DNA from: Octopus vulgaris | Taxonomy: Eukaryota | Length of the DNA: 64,000 nt | Direction: 5' to 3' | NCBI GenBank assembly: GCA_951406725.2 | Contig: OX597831.1 | Span: 77,872,001-77,936,000 of the forward strand | Shown: positions 1 to 13,790 of the stretch, one piece after another | How positions within the stretch are numbered: the first letter of the stretch is position 1 | How the letters are laid out: each line of letters starts with the position of its first letter | Notes under the pieces: generated by a model | Databases searched by the model: none | Seen by the model: only the letters and a program-made list of their open reading frames with translations | What the model was told of the DNA's origin: nothing | Position numbers and translations under genes: made by a program

Positions 1-254
1 TAGATAGACAGATAGATATACATATGATATTTACCACGTGAACTGCGATGAAAAAAATATGAGAAGCATGTGGTATAGAATTATTTTGTGCAGGGGTTCC
101 TTGAGACATGTAATTTATTTTAAGGGTAAAATGGTAAAATAAACAAAGGTTGCAAAACACTGTTTTAGACAATTGACAACTATCACTTACAATGTCTCTA
201 TCATACTAAAGTACTAAAAATGGTACCAGTTATAATAAGAACAAAAGTCATTTA

Positions 255-630
255 TTGGTAGTGGAAGCGGTGTTTGCTTTTGAGCGAACGGTCTTCGTCC
301 CAAAGCTCACAAGATGGGAGAAGTCCGAAACGTGGTCCTTTGCTATTCGTAAGACCCGCAGAAGAGAAAGCAGGTCAACCCCCGACACCGAGAGCATCGA
401 TGGATGGATGAATGCGCATCCAGGTTCGGCGGTTGCGCAGGAAGTCGGGGACAAGAAACAAGAGTGAGAGAAAGAGTACAGCAGGGCTCGCCACCACTCC
501 CTGCCGGCGCCTCGTGGAGCTTTAGGTGTTTTTGCTCAATAAACACACACAACGCCCGGTCTGGGAATCGAAACCGCGATCCTCCGATCGCGAGTCCGCT
601 GCCCTAACCATTGGGCCATTGCGCCTCCAC
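255..630 (-). mobile_element. tRNA-derived SINE, family A (tail type 1)
   Basis: Minus strand starts GTGGAGGCGCAATGGCCCAATGGTTAGGGCAGCGGACTCGCG...GGTTTCGATTCCC (A/B-box tRNA-like head). Head and body match the copies at 35381-35722 and 49601-49991; the 3' part differs. Confidence 0.85.
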
Positions 631-683
631 TGGTGTTTGCTATTCAAACAGGTGTGTGATCCAAAGCATATTATGTGTGTATT

Positions 684-890
684 AATCTCTCACTTAACAA
701 CCTCCCAACGGCCTTTCACGAAACGGTCTCTCGCTTTACGGTCTCTCACTTAACGATCTCTCGCTCAGCGGTTTCTCGCTTAACGGTCTCTCGCCTCACG
801 GTTTCTAGCTTAACAGCCTCTAACTTTACGGTTCTTTACTCAAGGGTCCCTCGCTTAATGCTCTCTCTCTCTCGTTTAATGTTATCTCAC
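684..890 (+). repeat. Degenerate 15-bp minisatellite (AACGGTCTCTCGCTT-like)
   Basis: Successive units aacggtctctcgctt/tacggtctctcactt/aacgatctctcgctc/agcggtttctcgctt; explains the TVSRL-repeat ORF 675-950. Confidence 0.8.
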
Positions 891-1217
891 ATTAGAACCA
901 AATATGTCGTTATGCCGAGAAAGCATTCATTGCTCATATTACCAAAATAATGCACGATTCCAAGTGGTAGGGCCATCACAACCAAACAACCACCAGGCAC
1001 GACGACCACGTGTACTACCACCACTACCACCATCAGGACAACCACCACCGCCACCACTACCAACACAACAACCAGCATCACTCCGCCATCATCATCATCA
1101 TCATCATCATCATCATTGTCATCAAATCAACTGCAGCCATTACTACCACGTGCTTCGTAAAATCTGTAGCTTTTTGTCTTTTTAACTGAACGACGCCCTT
1201 ACAGCACAACCCTACTA

Positions 1218-1256
<39 letters not shown>

Positions 1257-1636
1257 TTGTTGTTGTTATTATGTGTTATTACATTACAAGAACGGATCAA
1301 TTGCTGTGCTGCTACCATTATTATGAAACAAGACGTACAGTGATCACCGTTATTAGCGACATTGTTATCAACGCCTCATTGACAGGAAGACGACGACGAC
1401 GATGACGACGACGACTATGACGACGACGACGACGACGACTATGACGGCGGCGACGGCGGCGATGACATGGTGGTGACGGCGGCGACTGCGGCGGCGGCGG
1501 CGGTGGCGGCGGCGGCGGCGGTTGTCATTTAATTCTTGTTATGACGAGACTCGGTTGTTTGTTTTAGTTGCTTTCTGTTTACAGACACAACAAACACTAA
1601 GCAAGCACTAACTATACTTAAATAGGCGCGGGTGGC

Positions 1637-1950
1637 GGTGTGGTGTGGTGTGGTGTGGTGTGGTGTGGTGTGGTGTGGTGTGGTGTGGTGTGGTGTGGTG
1701 TGGTGTGGTGTGGTGTGGTGTGGTGTGGTGTGGTGTGGTGTGGTGTGGTGTGGTGTGGTGTGGTGTGGTGTGGTGTGGTGTGGTGTGGTGTGGAGCGGTG
1801 TGGTGTGGTGTGGTGTGGTGTGGTGTGGTGTGGTGTGGTGTGGTGTGGTGTGGTGTGGTGTGGTGTGGTGTGGTGTGGTGTGGTGTGGTGTGGTGTGGTG
1901 TGGTGTGGTGTGGTGTGGTGTGGTGTGGTGTGGTGTGGTGTGGTGTGGTG
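1637..1950 (+). repeat. (GTGTG)n pentanucleotide microsatellite
   Basis: Near-perfect TGTGG array of about 310 bp with one interruption at about 1794. Confidence 0.97.
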
Positions 1951-2151
1951 GGCGTGGGTGTGGGTGTGGGCCAAGGTTGTGCGCTTAAGAAGCTTATCTT
2001 GGGTCTTCGTGGTTCAGGGTTCAAGCCCACTCTGCACGGTATCTTGGGTGTCTTAGAACATAGCCCCTGGCCTGACCAATGCCTCGTGAATGAATTTGGC
2101 TGATGGAAGCTCGTCGTAAATCGACACCCACCCACATGTCTCCCTGCATGT

Positions 2152-3218
<1,067 letters not shown>

Positions 3219-3379
3219 AGCCGCAATCGAATGACTGAAGCAAAAGATAAAGGATGACTCTAAAGCTGTGCCTCGGTCTTACCATCATCCTTATCTCTCT
3301 TTCTCTCTCTGTCTCTCTGTCTCTCTCTCTCTCTCTCTGTCATTCTCATGCTTTTGCTCTATCATCCTACTACACTCAA

Positions 3380-3410
3380 CACCGCCACCATCACCACCAC
3401 CACCACCACC

Positions 3411-3442
<32 letters not shown>

Positions 3443-4265
3443 CTCTACAACCACCACCATCACCCAAACCTCAACCACCACCAGCAGTACCACCACTACC
3501 TTCACCACCACCACCACTACTAAAACAACCATCATCACCACCATCACAGCCACCAGCACCAGTACCACCACTACTATTAGCATCACCACCACCACTATTG
3601 CTAGTATTACTACCTCTCTCTCTCTTGTACTGCTACAACTTCCACAAGCGTATTCAATACCATCAATGCGGCCATAGTTAATCTCAGCCACCACCACCAC
3701 CACCACCAAAGACACCACCACCGACACCACCGACACCGACATCGCCATTAACACCACCATAACCACCACCACCACCACCACCACATTTGCTACTATAAAC
3801 ATCACCACTATTACTACCACCACCGCCGCCACCACCACCATCACCACCACCACAACCACCACCACCACTAATACCACCGCCACCACCACCACCAACACCA
3901 CCACCACCACCACCACCACCACCACCACCACATTTGCTACTATAACCATCACCACTATTACTACCACCACCGCCGCCACCACCACCATCACCACCACCAC
4001 AACCACCACCACCACCACCACAACTACCACCACCGCCGCCACCACAACTACCACCACCACCACCACCACCACCACATTTGCTACTATAACCATCACCACT
4101 ATTACTACCACCACCGCCGCCACCACCACCCTCACCACCACCACAACCACCACCACCACCACCACCACAACTACCACCACCGCCGCCACCACAACTACCA
4201 CCACCACCACCACCACATTTGCTACTATAACCATCACCACTATTACTACCACCACCACCGCCGCC

Positions 4266-4297
<32 letters not shown>

Positions 4298-4310
4298 CCA
4301 CCAACGCTGC
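3380..4310 (+). repeat. ACC/ACT triplet low-complexity tract with ~145-bp higher-order repeat
   Basis: Anchor ACATTTGCTACTATAA(A/C)CATCACCACTATTACTACC recurs at about 3784, 3930, 4074 and 4215. Confidence 0.85.
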
Positions 4311-4839
4311 TGCCGCCATTAAAGTTTTCGCTACTATTTCCTCCACCAAATACCGTCGCTTCCACCACCGCCATCGCAACCACAACCGCCACCATCGCCT
4401 CCGATATTCATTTCTTTTGCCTTCCTTTACTCGTTGTCTAATACAGACCCACCCACTTACATACATACACACACACACCCCTCTCTCTCTCTCTCTCTGT
4501 CTCTCTCATACACACACACACACACACACTTACACAAGAACATCCATATTAATTGCTGTTATTAGTTTCCTCTGTTTATATATTGCTGTCAAATTATTGC
4601 GTCTAATTCAGCGCCTTCGTCTTTAGTGAAGCATTTTCAATGAATGGGACAAATTTATGGCTGCGTCAGCAGAGGAACGGTGCTCCACGCAGTTTCGCTA
4701 TAAAAAAGCGGACCTCAACCTATGGACCCCTTTGATACGTATATTACTCGCGTGGACCCTCGTTGCCATTCGATGTTTTAAAGGTCTCGTTATAACTCTA
4801 TAACTAAATATTATTAGGGTTTTGGTTTTTAAAATATTT

Positions 4840-5032
4840 TGCTTGTTTCAGTCATTTGACTGCGGCTATGCTGGAGCACTGCCTTTAGTCGAGCAAATCG
4901 ACCCCAGCACTTATTCTTTGGAAGCCTAGTACTTATTCTATCGGTCTTTTTGGCGGAACCGCTAAGTTACGGGGACGTAAACAAACTAGCATCGGTTGCC
5001 AAGCGATGTTGCGGGTACAAATACAGACACAC
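4840..5032 (-). mobile_element. SINE family C, 3' half
   Basis: ttgtttcagtcatttgactgcggctatgctggagcac...gctaagttacggggacgtaaac matches the reverse complement of the family C tail. Confidence 0.8.
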
Positions 5033-5195
5033 AGCGGTATTTCGCTCATTGCTACGTTCTGAGTACAAATTCCACCGAGGTCGACTTTGCCTTTTATCAT
5101 TTCGGGGTCGATGAAATAAGTACCGGTGCAGCACTGAGGTCGATGTGATCGGCTTAGTCCCCTCCCTTCAAAACTTCAGGCCTTCTGCTTTTAGT
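5033..5195 (+). mobile_element. SINE family B fragment
   Basis: gttctgagtacaaattccaccgaggtcgactttgccttttatcatttcggggtcgat core. Confidence 0.75.
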
Positions 5196-5199
5196 CTAT

Positions 5200-5545
5200 C
5201 TATCTGCTCCATCGAAGTCGACTCCCGGTTACTTAATGGATCAGTGTTTTCCAGCCAGTTCTTTCCTGGGTCGCTTCTTTCAGATTGGCTATGGCCATTC
5301 CCGTGTCATTCTTAATGGTGTCAAGCCAGTGGGTTCTTGGTCGGCCTCTTCTTCTCTTGCCACTGACCATTCCGAGGATGATGTTCTTCTCCAGGGATTT
5401 TCTCCCCATAATATGACCAAAATATGCCAATCTATGCTTGGTGGTCGTAGCTTCTAGCGACATTTTCGGCTTGATCTGATTAGGAACTTATCCGTTGTTG
5501 GGCCTCGCTGTCCATGGAATCCGTAAAAGTCTTCTCCAACACCAA
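5200..5545 (-). mobile_element. RTE-clade LINE 3' fragment
   Basis: ORF 5233-5463 RLAYFGHIMGRKSLEKNIILGMVSGKRRRGRPRTHWLDTIK is a typical RTE ORF C-terminus; followed by a short tail ending in GATA repeats. Confidence 0.85.
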
Positions 5546-6599
5546 AACGATTATTATTAAATACGACTATTAAAATGGACTTCCTCTTACGCACTGGAAA
5601 TATTGTTGTCTCTTCTCTCGGAGTTATTATCCTATAATTTCGCAATTATTTAGATGTCTCGTGTTTGATAAATATTTTAATAATTTTAGTGAATTGTCTC
5701 TATATTATCTAACCCCATATACATATCTGTGTGTGTGAGTGTGTGCGCGTATCTATCAATCTATCTCTTAATATCTTGCACCCTCTCTCACTCTCTCTCC
5801 ACACACACACATACACACACACATGTATACATATATATGTACGTGTGTGTGTATGTATGCATGTGTGTATGTTTTTGATGATCTACATTTACTGTATGGA
5901 TATGTGTGTATATGTTGGTATGTACGTATACTTATGTATGCATACGTATGAATGTATGTATGTATATGTATTAATTGAGCGTGTGTGTGAATGTGTGTGT
6001 CTAAATGAGAATGTGAATCTTACACATGAATAACCAAGCACTCGTTGCCTCTTTTCTCTTTTCCTGGTTGTGTAAACCTGCTTAGAAGCCGCTCCTACAA
6101 CAGAACCCTTCCTTCCTATTACAACCAAACCTTGTACCTTACGTACCCCCGATAGTACTTCACCACCACTACAAACAACAACAACACCAACACTACCATC
6201 ACCACTACCACGATTTCCACCACCACTACCATCACTACCATATTCCACTCATAAATCAACCCAATGCGGGAGCCATTATGCGGTAGTTCGACCTGCTAGT
6301 ATTAGCAACGAAATTACTGTCAAATTACGTCTGTCTGATTTAATGATTACAAGAAGGGAGAGAGAGAGGGGGAGGAAGAGAAAGTAGAGAGGAAGAGAGA
6401 GAGGGAGGGAGAAAGGGGAGAGGGAGAGAGAAGAAAAATGGATCGAAGAAAAGGAAAAAATGAAAAGACTTGGCATGGTTCAATTGGATTCTACCACGAT
6501 CAAACCCCAGAGCTTACCTAGGGCTAAACGATGATCTACTATCAATGATGACGCTGATGATGATAATGATGACGACGATAAAATCAGTGATTGTTTCTA

Positions 6600-6788
6600 G
6601 GCGCAGGAGTGGCTGTGTGGTAAGTAGCTTGCTAACCAAACCACATGGTTCCGGGTTCAGTCCCACTGCATGGCACTTTCGGCGAATGTCTTCTACTATA
6701 GCCTCGGGCCACCCAAAGACTTGTGAGTGGATTTGGTAGATGGAAACTGAAAGAAGCCCGTCGAATATATATATATATATATATATAT

Positions 6789-6834
<46 letters not shown>

Positions 6835-7001
6835 TTGTGTGTCCGTGTTTTCCCCCCCATCACGCTTGACAACCGATGCACGCTTGACAACCGATGCTGG
6901 TGTGTTTACCTCCCCGTAACTTAGCGGTTCAGCAAAAGAGACTAATAGAATAACTATTAGGCTTACAAAGAATAAGTGCTGGGGGCGATTTGCTCGACTA
7001 A
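6600..7001 (+). mobile_element. SINE family C (tRNA head, CORE-like domain, internal (TA)n(TG)n), 3'-truncated
   Basis: GGCGCAGGAGTGGCTGTGTGGTAAG...GGGTTCAGTCCC head; matches the full copy at 45649-46066. Confidence 0.88.
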
Positions 7002-7688
7002 AGCGCCTACAGAGTATCTCAACAGGCATGATAGAGCTGCACAATATGTTCACTGGGTAATTTGCAAAAACCTGGATTTGCCCCATGAAAAAGACTGGTG
7101 GGAACACAAACCACCTCCAGTGCTTGAAAATGACCACATCTCACTCCTCTGGAACTTCACCATTCAAACTGACAAAAAGACAGATGCGAATAGGCCAGAC
7201 ATCATATTAAAAGACTTCAGACAAAGAACATGCCTCCTCATTGATATGACTGTCCCAATCGATATAAACGTATCTGTCAAGACCTACCAAAAACTGAACA
7301 AATATAAAGATCTTGAAATAGAAATCAGCAAAATGTGGAACCTGAAGACTAAAACAATACCTGTTGTCATAGAGGTCCTGAGAATGATAGCAAAAGGGGC
7401 TGATTGCTACCTAACTCAGATACCAGGAAACCCCAAAATGGCAGAAATTCAAAAGATAGTGCTCATGGGAACTACTCATATCCTACGCAAAATACTTTCT
7501 TTGTAATCTCAAGTTTTAAAACAAACATAATTTTCGTATGGTCTTTTTAGACATTCACTAGTACAACACTAGTACAAATATATGGCACCCTAGGCATAAT
7601 AATAACATGAACTTCCAGCTTGTTGTCTCTTGAGGTCTCTGGGTGAGACTTGGAGCCAGCTTGTGCAAATGTAAAGCAAAAGGCAAAC

Positions 7689-7733
<45 letters not shown>
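7002..7733 (+). mobile_element. Dong/R4-type non-LTR retrotransposon 3' fragment (restriction-like endonuclease)
   Basis: ORF to 7506 has RHD...WNFTIQTD...NRPDIIL...IDMTVP...KYKDL...IPVVI...ILRKIL, the RLE-domain motifs of R4/Dong; 3' UTR ends in (TAA)n at 7692-7733. Confidence 0.9.
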
Positions 7734-7734
<1 letters not shown>

Positions 7735-7933
7735 CCTTTTTACTAAAAGCACAAGTCCTGAAATTTGGGGGGATCCAGTCGACGCCAGTATTCCACAGGT
7801 ACTTATTCCATCGACCCCGAAAGGGTGAAAGGCAAAGTCAACCGTGACGGAATTTGAACTCAGAACGTAAAGACGGACGAAATGCCGCGAAGCATTTTGC
7901 TTAGCGTGCTAACGATTCTGCCACCTCGCCGTC
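7735..7933 (-). mobile_element. SINE family B
   Basis: Reverse complement of ggcgaggtggcagaatcgttagcacgc...gttctgagttcaaattcc...cctttcggggtcgat. Confidence 0.8.
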
Positions 7934-8944
7934 TTAATAATAAAATAAAAATAGCAACAACAACAAAAACTATGGCGACTATTGGGATAATAACGACGTC
8001 AATGCTACGTCCAGCAAGAATACATTTATCAAAAATTTTTGTCCTGCAGAGCAAATTGTCATTCTACGTTGATCTCTTGCACACCTCCGTGATATGTCAT
8101 TTACTTCCTGTTTGGCAAACTCTCAAGAATTTCGGCCTCAATTCAATCGATTGTTTTCCTGTCGCCTTTCCAAAAAAAATTTGTGTAGTAGTAGTATCAG
8201 TAGTGATGGTAGTGGTAGTAGTGGTGGTGCTGGTAGTAGTAGTTGAAACATCGTGTATCAATGACAGTCTGTCTAATGCGTCCCCTTTTTAAAGACTTTC
8301 GAATGTGAAGGAGTGGCCAAGTGGTTAGTCTTTTTGGGAATCACACTAGACTAAGCGACACAATGTGTGTTTTTTTTTAGCAAGGGCTCTGTTTCACACT
8401 GCCCCGATCCATTCACCTGAAAACGTGTGGCAGCCAGGTCATAGTTGAGCCCTTTTTCTTTCCGGTTGTGAACTTGAAGGGGCCGAGAAGGTGTCCACGT
8501 TATATCTGCGACTACACTGGCACCTCAGAAATTTAACGAAAGCAGCGTACATATCAGCGTGTCATATTCGTTTGCGAATGATATCTATGGCTGGATATGT
8601 AATTTAAGGGTTACATGACGCTATCGACCCCCTTTCATTAGTACTTTATTTTATCGACCCCAGAACGGTGAAAAACATAATTGACCTCGGTGGTATTTGA
8701 ACTCAGAATGTAAAGAGCAGAAATTCCGCTAAGGATTTTGTCCGGGGTAGTGGAGAGTAACGACGTTGCCAGAAGTTAACGAGTTCAGATCTGGACTAAT
8801 TCAAGTTTCCATGAGTTTAACTTTGCCATTTACCCTTTCGGGGACCATAAATACTCGTTGAGCAATGGAGAAGTAATCTACTAACCCGATGACCCAAATT
8901 TTGCGGCGTTGTCCTCATAGCAGAAATAATTATTACTGTTTATT

Positions 8945-9160
8945 AAGGCCAGAACCTATGAGAATCATTAGCACACCAGACAAAAGGTTTAATGGTATTT
9001 CATCAGTCTTTACGTTCTGAGTTCAAATTCCACCGCGGTCGATTTTGCCTTTAGTCTTTTCGGGGTCGATAAATGAAGTACCAGTTGAACACTGGGGTCG
9101 ATATAATCTACTATACCTCTCCCACCAAATTTGAGGCCTTGTGCCTCCAGTAGAAAAGAT
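8945..9160 (+). mobile_element. SINE family B (tail type 2, ending gtagaaaaga(tta)n)
   Basis: Core gttctgagttcaaattccaccgcggtcgattttgcctt...ggggtcgataaatgaagtaccag. Confidence 0.78.
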
Positions 9161-9204
9161 TATTATTATTATTATCATCATCATCATCATCATCATTATT
9201 ATTA

Positions 9205-9445
9205 TTGTCTTTACACAGCTTCTAATGCAGGGGATGTACTACGGTGTCAGCTGTTCACTAGCAGTGAACTAAGGTAACACCCCTTATTTTTCGAGCACCT
9301 TCCGGAGTATTCGAGCGGTTCGAAGTAGTGGTGTTTTCTGCAAGTGCTCCACCCTTATTGCAGCCCCTTATTGTTCCATGTACTTCTCAAGATTTTTACT
9401 CACTGTTCCCAGGGCTCCGACAATTATCAGTGACCACAACTGCTT
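9205..9445 (-). mobile_element. Dong/R4-type LINE extreme 3' fragment (second family)
   Basis: Minus translation IIVGALGTVSKNLEKYMEQ*GAAIRVEHLQKTPLLRTARILRKVLEK* resembles an R4/Dong C-terminus; embedded in TAA/TAG triplet repeats. Confidence 0.8.
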
Positions 9446-9456
9446 ATCATTATTAT

Positions 9457-9552
<96 letters not shown>

Positions 9553-9806
9553 GAAGGTGAAGTACGTAAAGAGTGGTTAGCGCGTCGGATAAAATGCTTC
9601 GTGGCGTTTCTTCCGGCTGTTTAATTTCTAGATTTAAAATCCGCCGAGTACGACTTTGTCTCCCGTCCTTTCGGAGATCGATAAAGTAAGTAAATTACTG
9701 GCTTTGTGCCAAAAATTAAAACCATTGTTATTATTATTATTATTATTATTATTTTGTTACTGTAGTTAGCAGCAGCAGCGGCAACAGCAGCAGCAACAGC
9801 AGCAGC

Positions 9807-9848
<42 letters not shown>

Positions 9849-10275
9849 TAACGTAGACGGAGGTGTTGACGAAGAGATATTAATAGGTGTATATGTTCTT
9901 AACGTTGTATTTCATATAAAACGATAATTATATTTTCCTTTTTCTCTTATTTTCTGTTCTCAATGAAACATTGAAAAGAACCGCCCTGACGAGACACAGC
10001 CTTCATAGCTTTACCTTCCCTTCCCTTCTCCTACAACACAACCCAGTCAATCTGTTATTTTACTACAAATAGGAAATTACGGCCTTCTTCAATCTCGGCT
10101 GTTTACTTCTTCCTAGCTGTGGCTGAAAGTCAGTTTATTAAGCCCCCCCACCCCCACCCCACCCCTCAGCACACACACAAGCGTGCACGCACACACGCAC
10201 ACACGCACATACACACACACAGGCAGGTGTGACAGGCATTCGAAAAAAACAAACAAACCGATCTAGCATTATATT

Positions 10276-10845
10276 TCTTTACTGCCCACAAGGGGCTAAA
10301 CAGAGAGGGGACAAACAAGGACAGACAAAGGGAGTAAGTCGATTACATCGATCCCCAGTGTGAAACTGGTACTTTGGCGGCGAGCTGGCAGAAACGTTAG
10401 CACGCCGGGCGAAATGCGTAGCCGTATTTCGTCTGCCGTTACGTTCCGAGTTCAAATTCCGCCGAGGTCGACTTTGCCTTTCATCCTTTCGGGGTCGATT
10501 AAATAAGTACCAGTTACGCACTGGGGTCGATATAATCGACTTAATCTGTTTGTCTGTCCTTGTTTGTCCTCTCTGTGTTTAGCCCCTTGTGGGTAGTAAA
10601 GAAATAGGTATTTCGTTTGCCGTTACGTTCCGAGTTCAAATTCCGCCGAGGTCGAGTTTGCCTTTCATCCTTTCGGGGTCGATTAAATAAGTACCAGTTA
10701 CGCACTGGGGTCGATATAATCGACTTAATCCGTTTGTCTGTCCTTGTTTGTCCTCTCTGTGTTTAGCCCCTTGTGGGTAGTAAAGAAATAGGTACTTTGT
10801 TTATCGATCCCGAAAGGATGAAAGGCAAAGCCGATTTCGGCGGAA
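10276..10845. mobile_element. SINE family B dimer (+, 10376-10790) nested in an antisense family B copy
   Basis: Two 184-bp units; TSD GGTACTTT at 10368-10375 and 10791-10798; the flanks rejoin into a minus-strand copy. Confidence 0.88.
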
Positions 10846-11390
10846 ACATTAAGCTCTCCGTTTATTGCATGGTTAATAAAAATGACCGTGGTTGAGGATA
10901 GAATGAGCTTTCCCCTCGTTCTGAAAAACCAAGAGATTCAGTGCTGCAGAGAATGTATGTAAAGATGTCTATTCCGTTTGTATACAGCTGATTCATAGGA
11001 TCTTGTTATATAACAGATATCACACCAACAGATTTATTATACACGTTATATGCGTGTTGATGGTCATGTAATATCTAATCTATAACTAACAAGATTATGG
11101 AACATCTGTAAACGAATGGATTATATGTCGACTTGCTCACTTTACTTCACTTATCTGTTATATATGTGTGTGTGTGTGAATGCGTGTGTGTGTGTGTGTT
11201 TGTGGGTTTGTACAAGAAAGAGAGAGAAAGAGAAACAGAGACAGAGAGACAGAGAAAGTTGAAGTCAGTTGTCCCTACGTACAGATTTCCAAACAACAAG
11301 AATGATGAAACGAACGTAGGAAAAAAAATGAAAAAAGTGATAAGCTTGTGTTTATCGTAATTTTTCCTACATTTGATCGACATAACAGTA

Positions 11391-12172
11391 TCTCTATCTC
11401 TCTATATATAAAAGGCAAGTTGTCTGTCTGTGTGTCTGTGTGTCTGTCAGGTTGTACCCTCACCCTGACCACGGCTTTCAACCGATTCTGATGAAACTTG
11501 ACACACACATAGCCCAATGTCATAATTCAAAACTAACGCAGTGAAAAGTTTGAAAAGTTCCCCCAGTTCTGAAAAAATCGATAAATTCGACATGGGGTCT
11601 AGAATCTAAGCTTATCATATGCAACACATTTTCCGTTGTAGTTTTCGCAACATGCAATCGATTTTCACCAAACTCATGGTGAAGCTTAATGTTACCCTAA
11701 GGAACATAATTCTGCCGTTAGTTTTCCATGCAATACTTTACCATCAGAAAAAAATCGATAAAATCATGCCATTTTGGGAAATCGCGTTCAAATTCAAGAT
11801 GACATATTTTCGACAATATCTTTAACAAATTGCCAAAAATGTTTTTTGAAATTCACAGCGAGCATGATGTCTGCTCCAAGGAGCACCTTTTGATTCCAAT
11901 AGGATACGTTATTACTGGAAAAAATCGGTTAATTACATCATATGTGGTACACAAAGCAAACTGATTTTTCTGTGATATTTTTTGAAAGTTCACATAGATT
12001 TTCACTACTTCTTCATGCATGCAAGGGAACGGTGCCTTGAATGCCTAATGCCTTTTAGGCTTCATTTTACAAAATAACGGTTCAATGAGTACAAAAAAGG
12101 GTAAAAAGGTAAAGGGCATTGCTTATCGACAAAGTTTCTTACATACCGGGCAACACCGGGCTATGCTGCTAG
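11391..12172 (+). mobile_element. Non-autonomous Helitron
   Basis: 5' A|TC...TATATATAAAA followed by a (TGTC) microsatellite; 3' hairpin CCGGGCAACACCGGG then CTAG|T; no TSD. Confidence 0.85.
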
Positions 12173-12312
12173 TTAGCAATAATGCTAAGTATAACAGTAG
12201 CTGACTACAAAGCTAGAAGCAGACTGGATGAGAAGACTCCATGACGTACTCGAAGCACATAAGTATTAGTCGTACATCTATTTGTACACACAAGATAGAA
12301 TGTATGTGTGTG

Positions 12313-12376
<64 letters not shown>

Positions 12377-12388
12377 GTATATTATATA

Positions 12389-12479
<91 letters not shown>

Positions 12480-13036
12480 ATTTAAGGATTATACAAAAAC
12501 GTATTGAGTAATCATTCAGTATATTGTAAAATTGATTTTATTGTAACTCGACATAAAAACAATCATTAATACAACAACGTGTACGTTTGTCTGCTGTGTG
12601 TCCGTGTGTCCATCGTCTGTCTGTCTGTCTGTGCGTACGAGACTAATATGAATTCGCGCGCGCACTTACATAAATACGATGCATACACACATACAAAAAG
12701 CTTCCTTACACTTTCCGCTGACCAAATTTAATGAGAAGTCAACGGTTTGACTGAGTCTTTAGTAGAAGAAAGTTACTCTAAAATATAACTCTTTCAATCT
12801 ATGAAAACTAAGAGTATTGACTGAAGAAAGGACTCAATACAAGTGAATTGCATAAATATTACTGACGGTGATATCGAAGTTTCGCCAGTTAGGGCTTGTT
12901 AGAACTCTTACCATTACAATATTTAGAGACAGGAAATATCGCCAAAGAGAAACTCGCAATAAAAGTTTGTGAAGTATCAGAGTTCTATATTTTATCCAAC
13001 TCTACATTCGGCATCGAGCACTCTCTTCTGTTCTTC

Positions 13037-13478
13037 GTGGTTGTGTGGAAAGAAGCTTGCTTCCCAACCCCACGGTACCGGGTTCAGTCCCACTGCATGG
13101 TACCTTGGGCATGTGTCTTCTGCTGTAGCTCCGGGCTGATTAGAGCCTTGTGAGTGGATTTTCTAGACGGAAACTGAAAGAAACCTGTCACATATATACA
13201 TGAGTGTGTGTGTGTGCGTGTGTGTGTGCGTGCATGTGTGTGTTTGTGTGTGTGTGCGAGCGCGTCTTTGTGTCTGTGTTTGTCACTCCATCATCGCTTG
13301 ACAATCGGTGTTGTTGTGTTTCTGTCCCTGTAACATAGCGTTTCGGCAAGAGAGACCGATAGAATAAGTCCTAGGCTTAAAAAAATAAGTCCTGGGATCG
13401 ATCTGTTCGACTAAAATCCTTCAAGGCGACAAGGCAATGCTCCAACATGGCCGCAGTCAAATAACTGAAGCAAAAGAA
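13037..13478 (+). mobile_element. SINE family C, near full length
   Basis: Head, ccttgggcatgtgtcttc CORE-like motif, internal (TG)n, tail ...catggccgcagtcaaataactgaagc. Confidence 0.82.
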
Positions 13479-13571
13479 TATACATACATACATACACATA
13501 TACGTGTGTGTGTGTTTGTGTGCGCGTATGTGTGTATGTGCATGGGTGTGTAAGTATGTGATCTCTTGAGC

Positions 13572-13790
13572 ACCACCAGCAAAAATATTTTTTTCCTCTG
13601 TCTTCCCTTCTCGGGATCTTTCCTTCTCCTTTGTTTCCGACGAAGAGCTCCGCTCGAAATGTTAAACCCTCCTTCCCTTCTTTCCTGAGCGTCAAATAAT
13701 ACTTTAATTGTTCCACGTCCTCGCGTTGCTGTGTTTTTTTCTGTGTTTTCTTGTTTGGATTAACTATATATATATATATATATATAATTT
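13572..13790 (+). mobile_element. Short Penelope-like terminal-repeat element with hammerhead-like motif
   Basis: Near-identical to 48517-48720; contains GTTT-CCGACGA-A-GAGC-TCC-GCTC-GAAAT-GTT-AAAC (13633-13667); ends in (TA)n. Confidence 0.65.

Noticed and set aside
1608-2135. HHTTP / GVVWC repeat proteins
   Set aside because: Pentanucleotide microsatellite artefact.
3348-4478. Mucin-like Thr-rich or Gly-rich ORFs
   Set aside because: ACC triplet tracts are open in several frames on both strands, with no convincing splice or start context.
6076-6387. Pro/Thr-rich open frame on the plus strand
   Set aside because: Largely CCA/ACA low complexity running into a GA tract, with no start or splice support.
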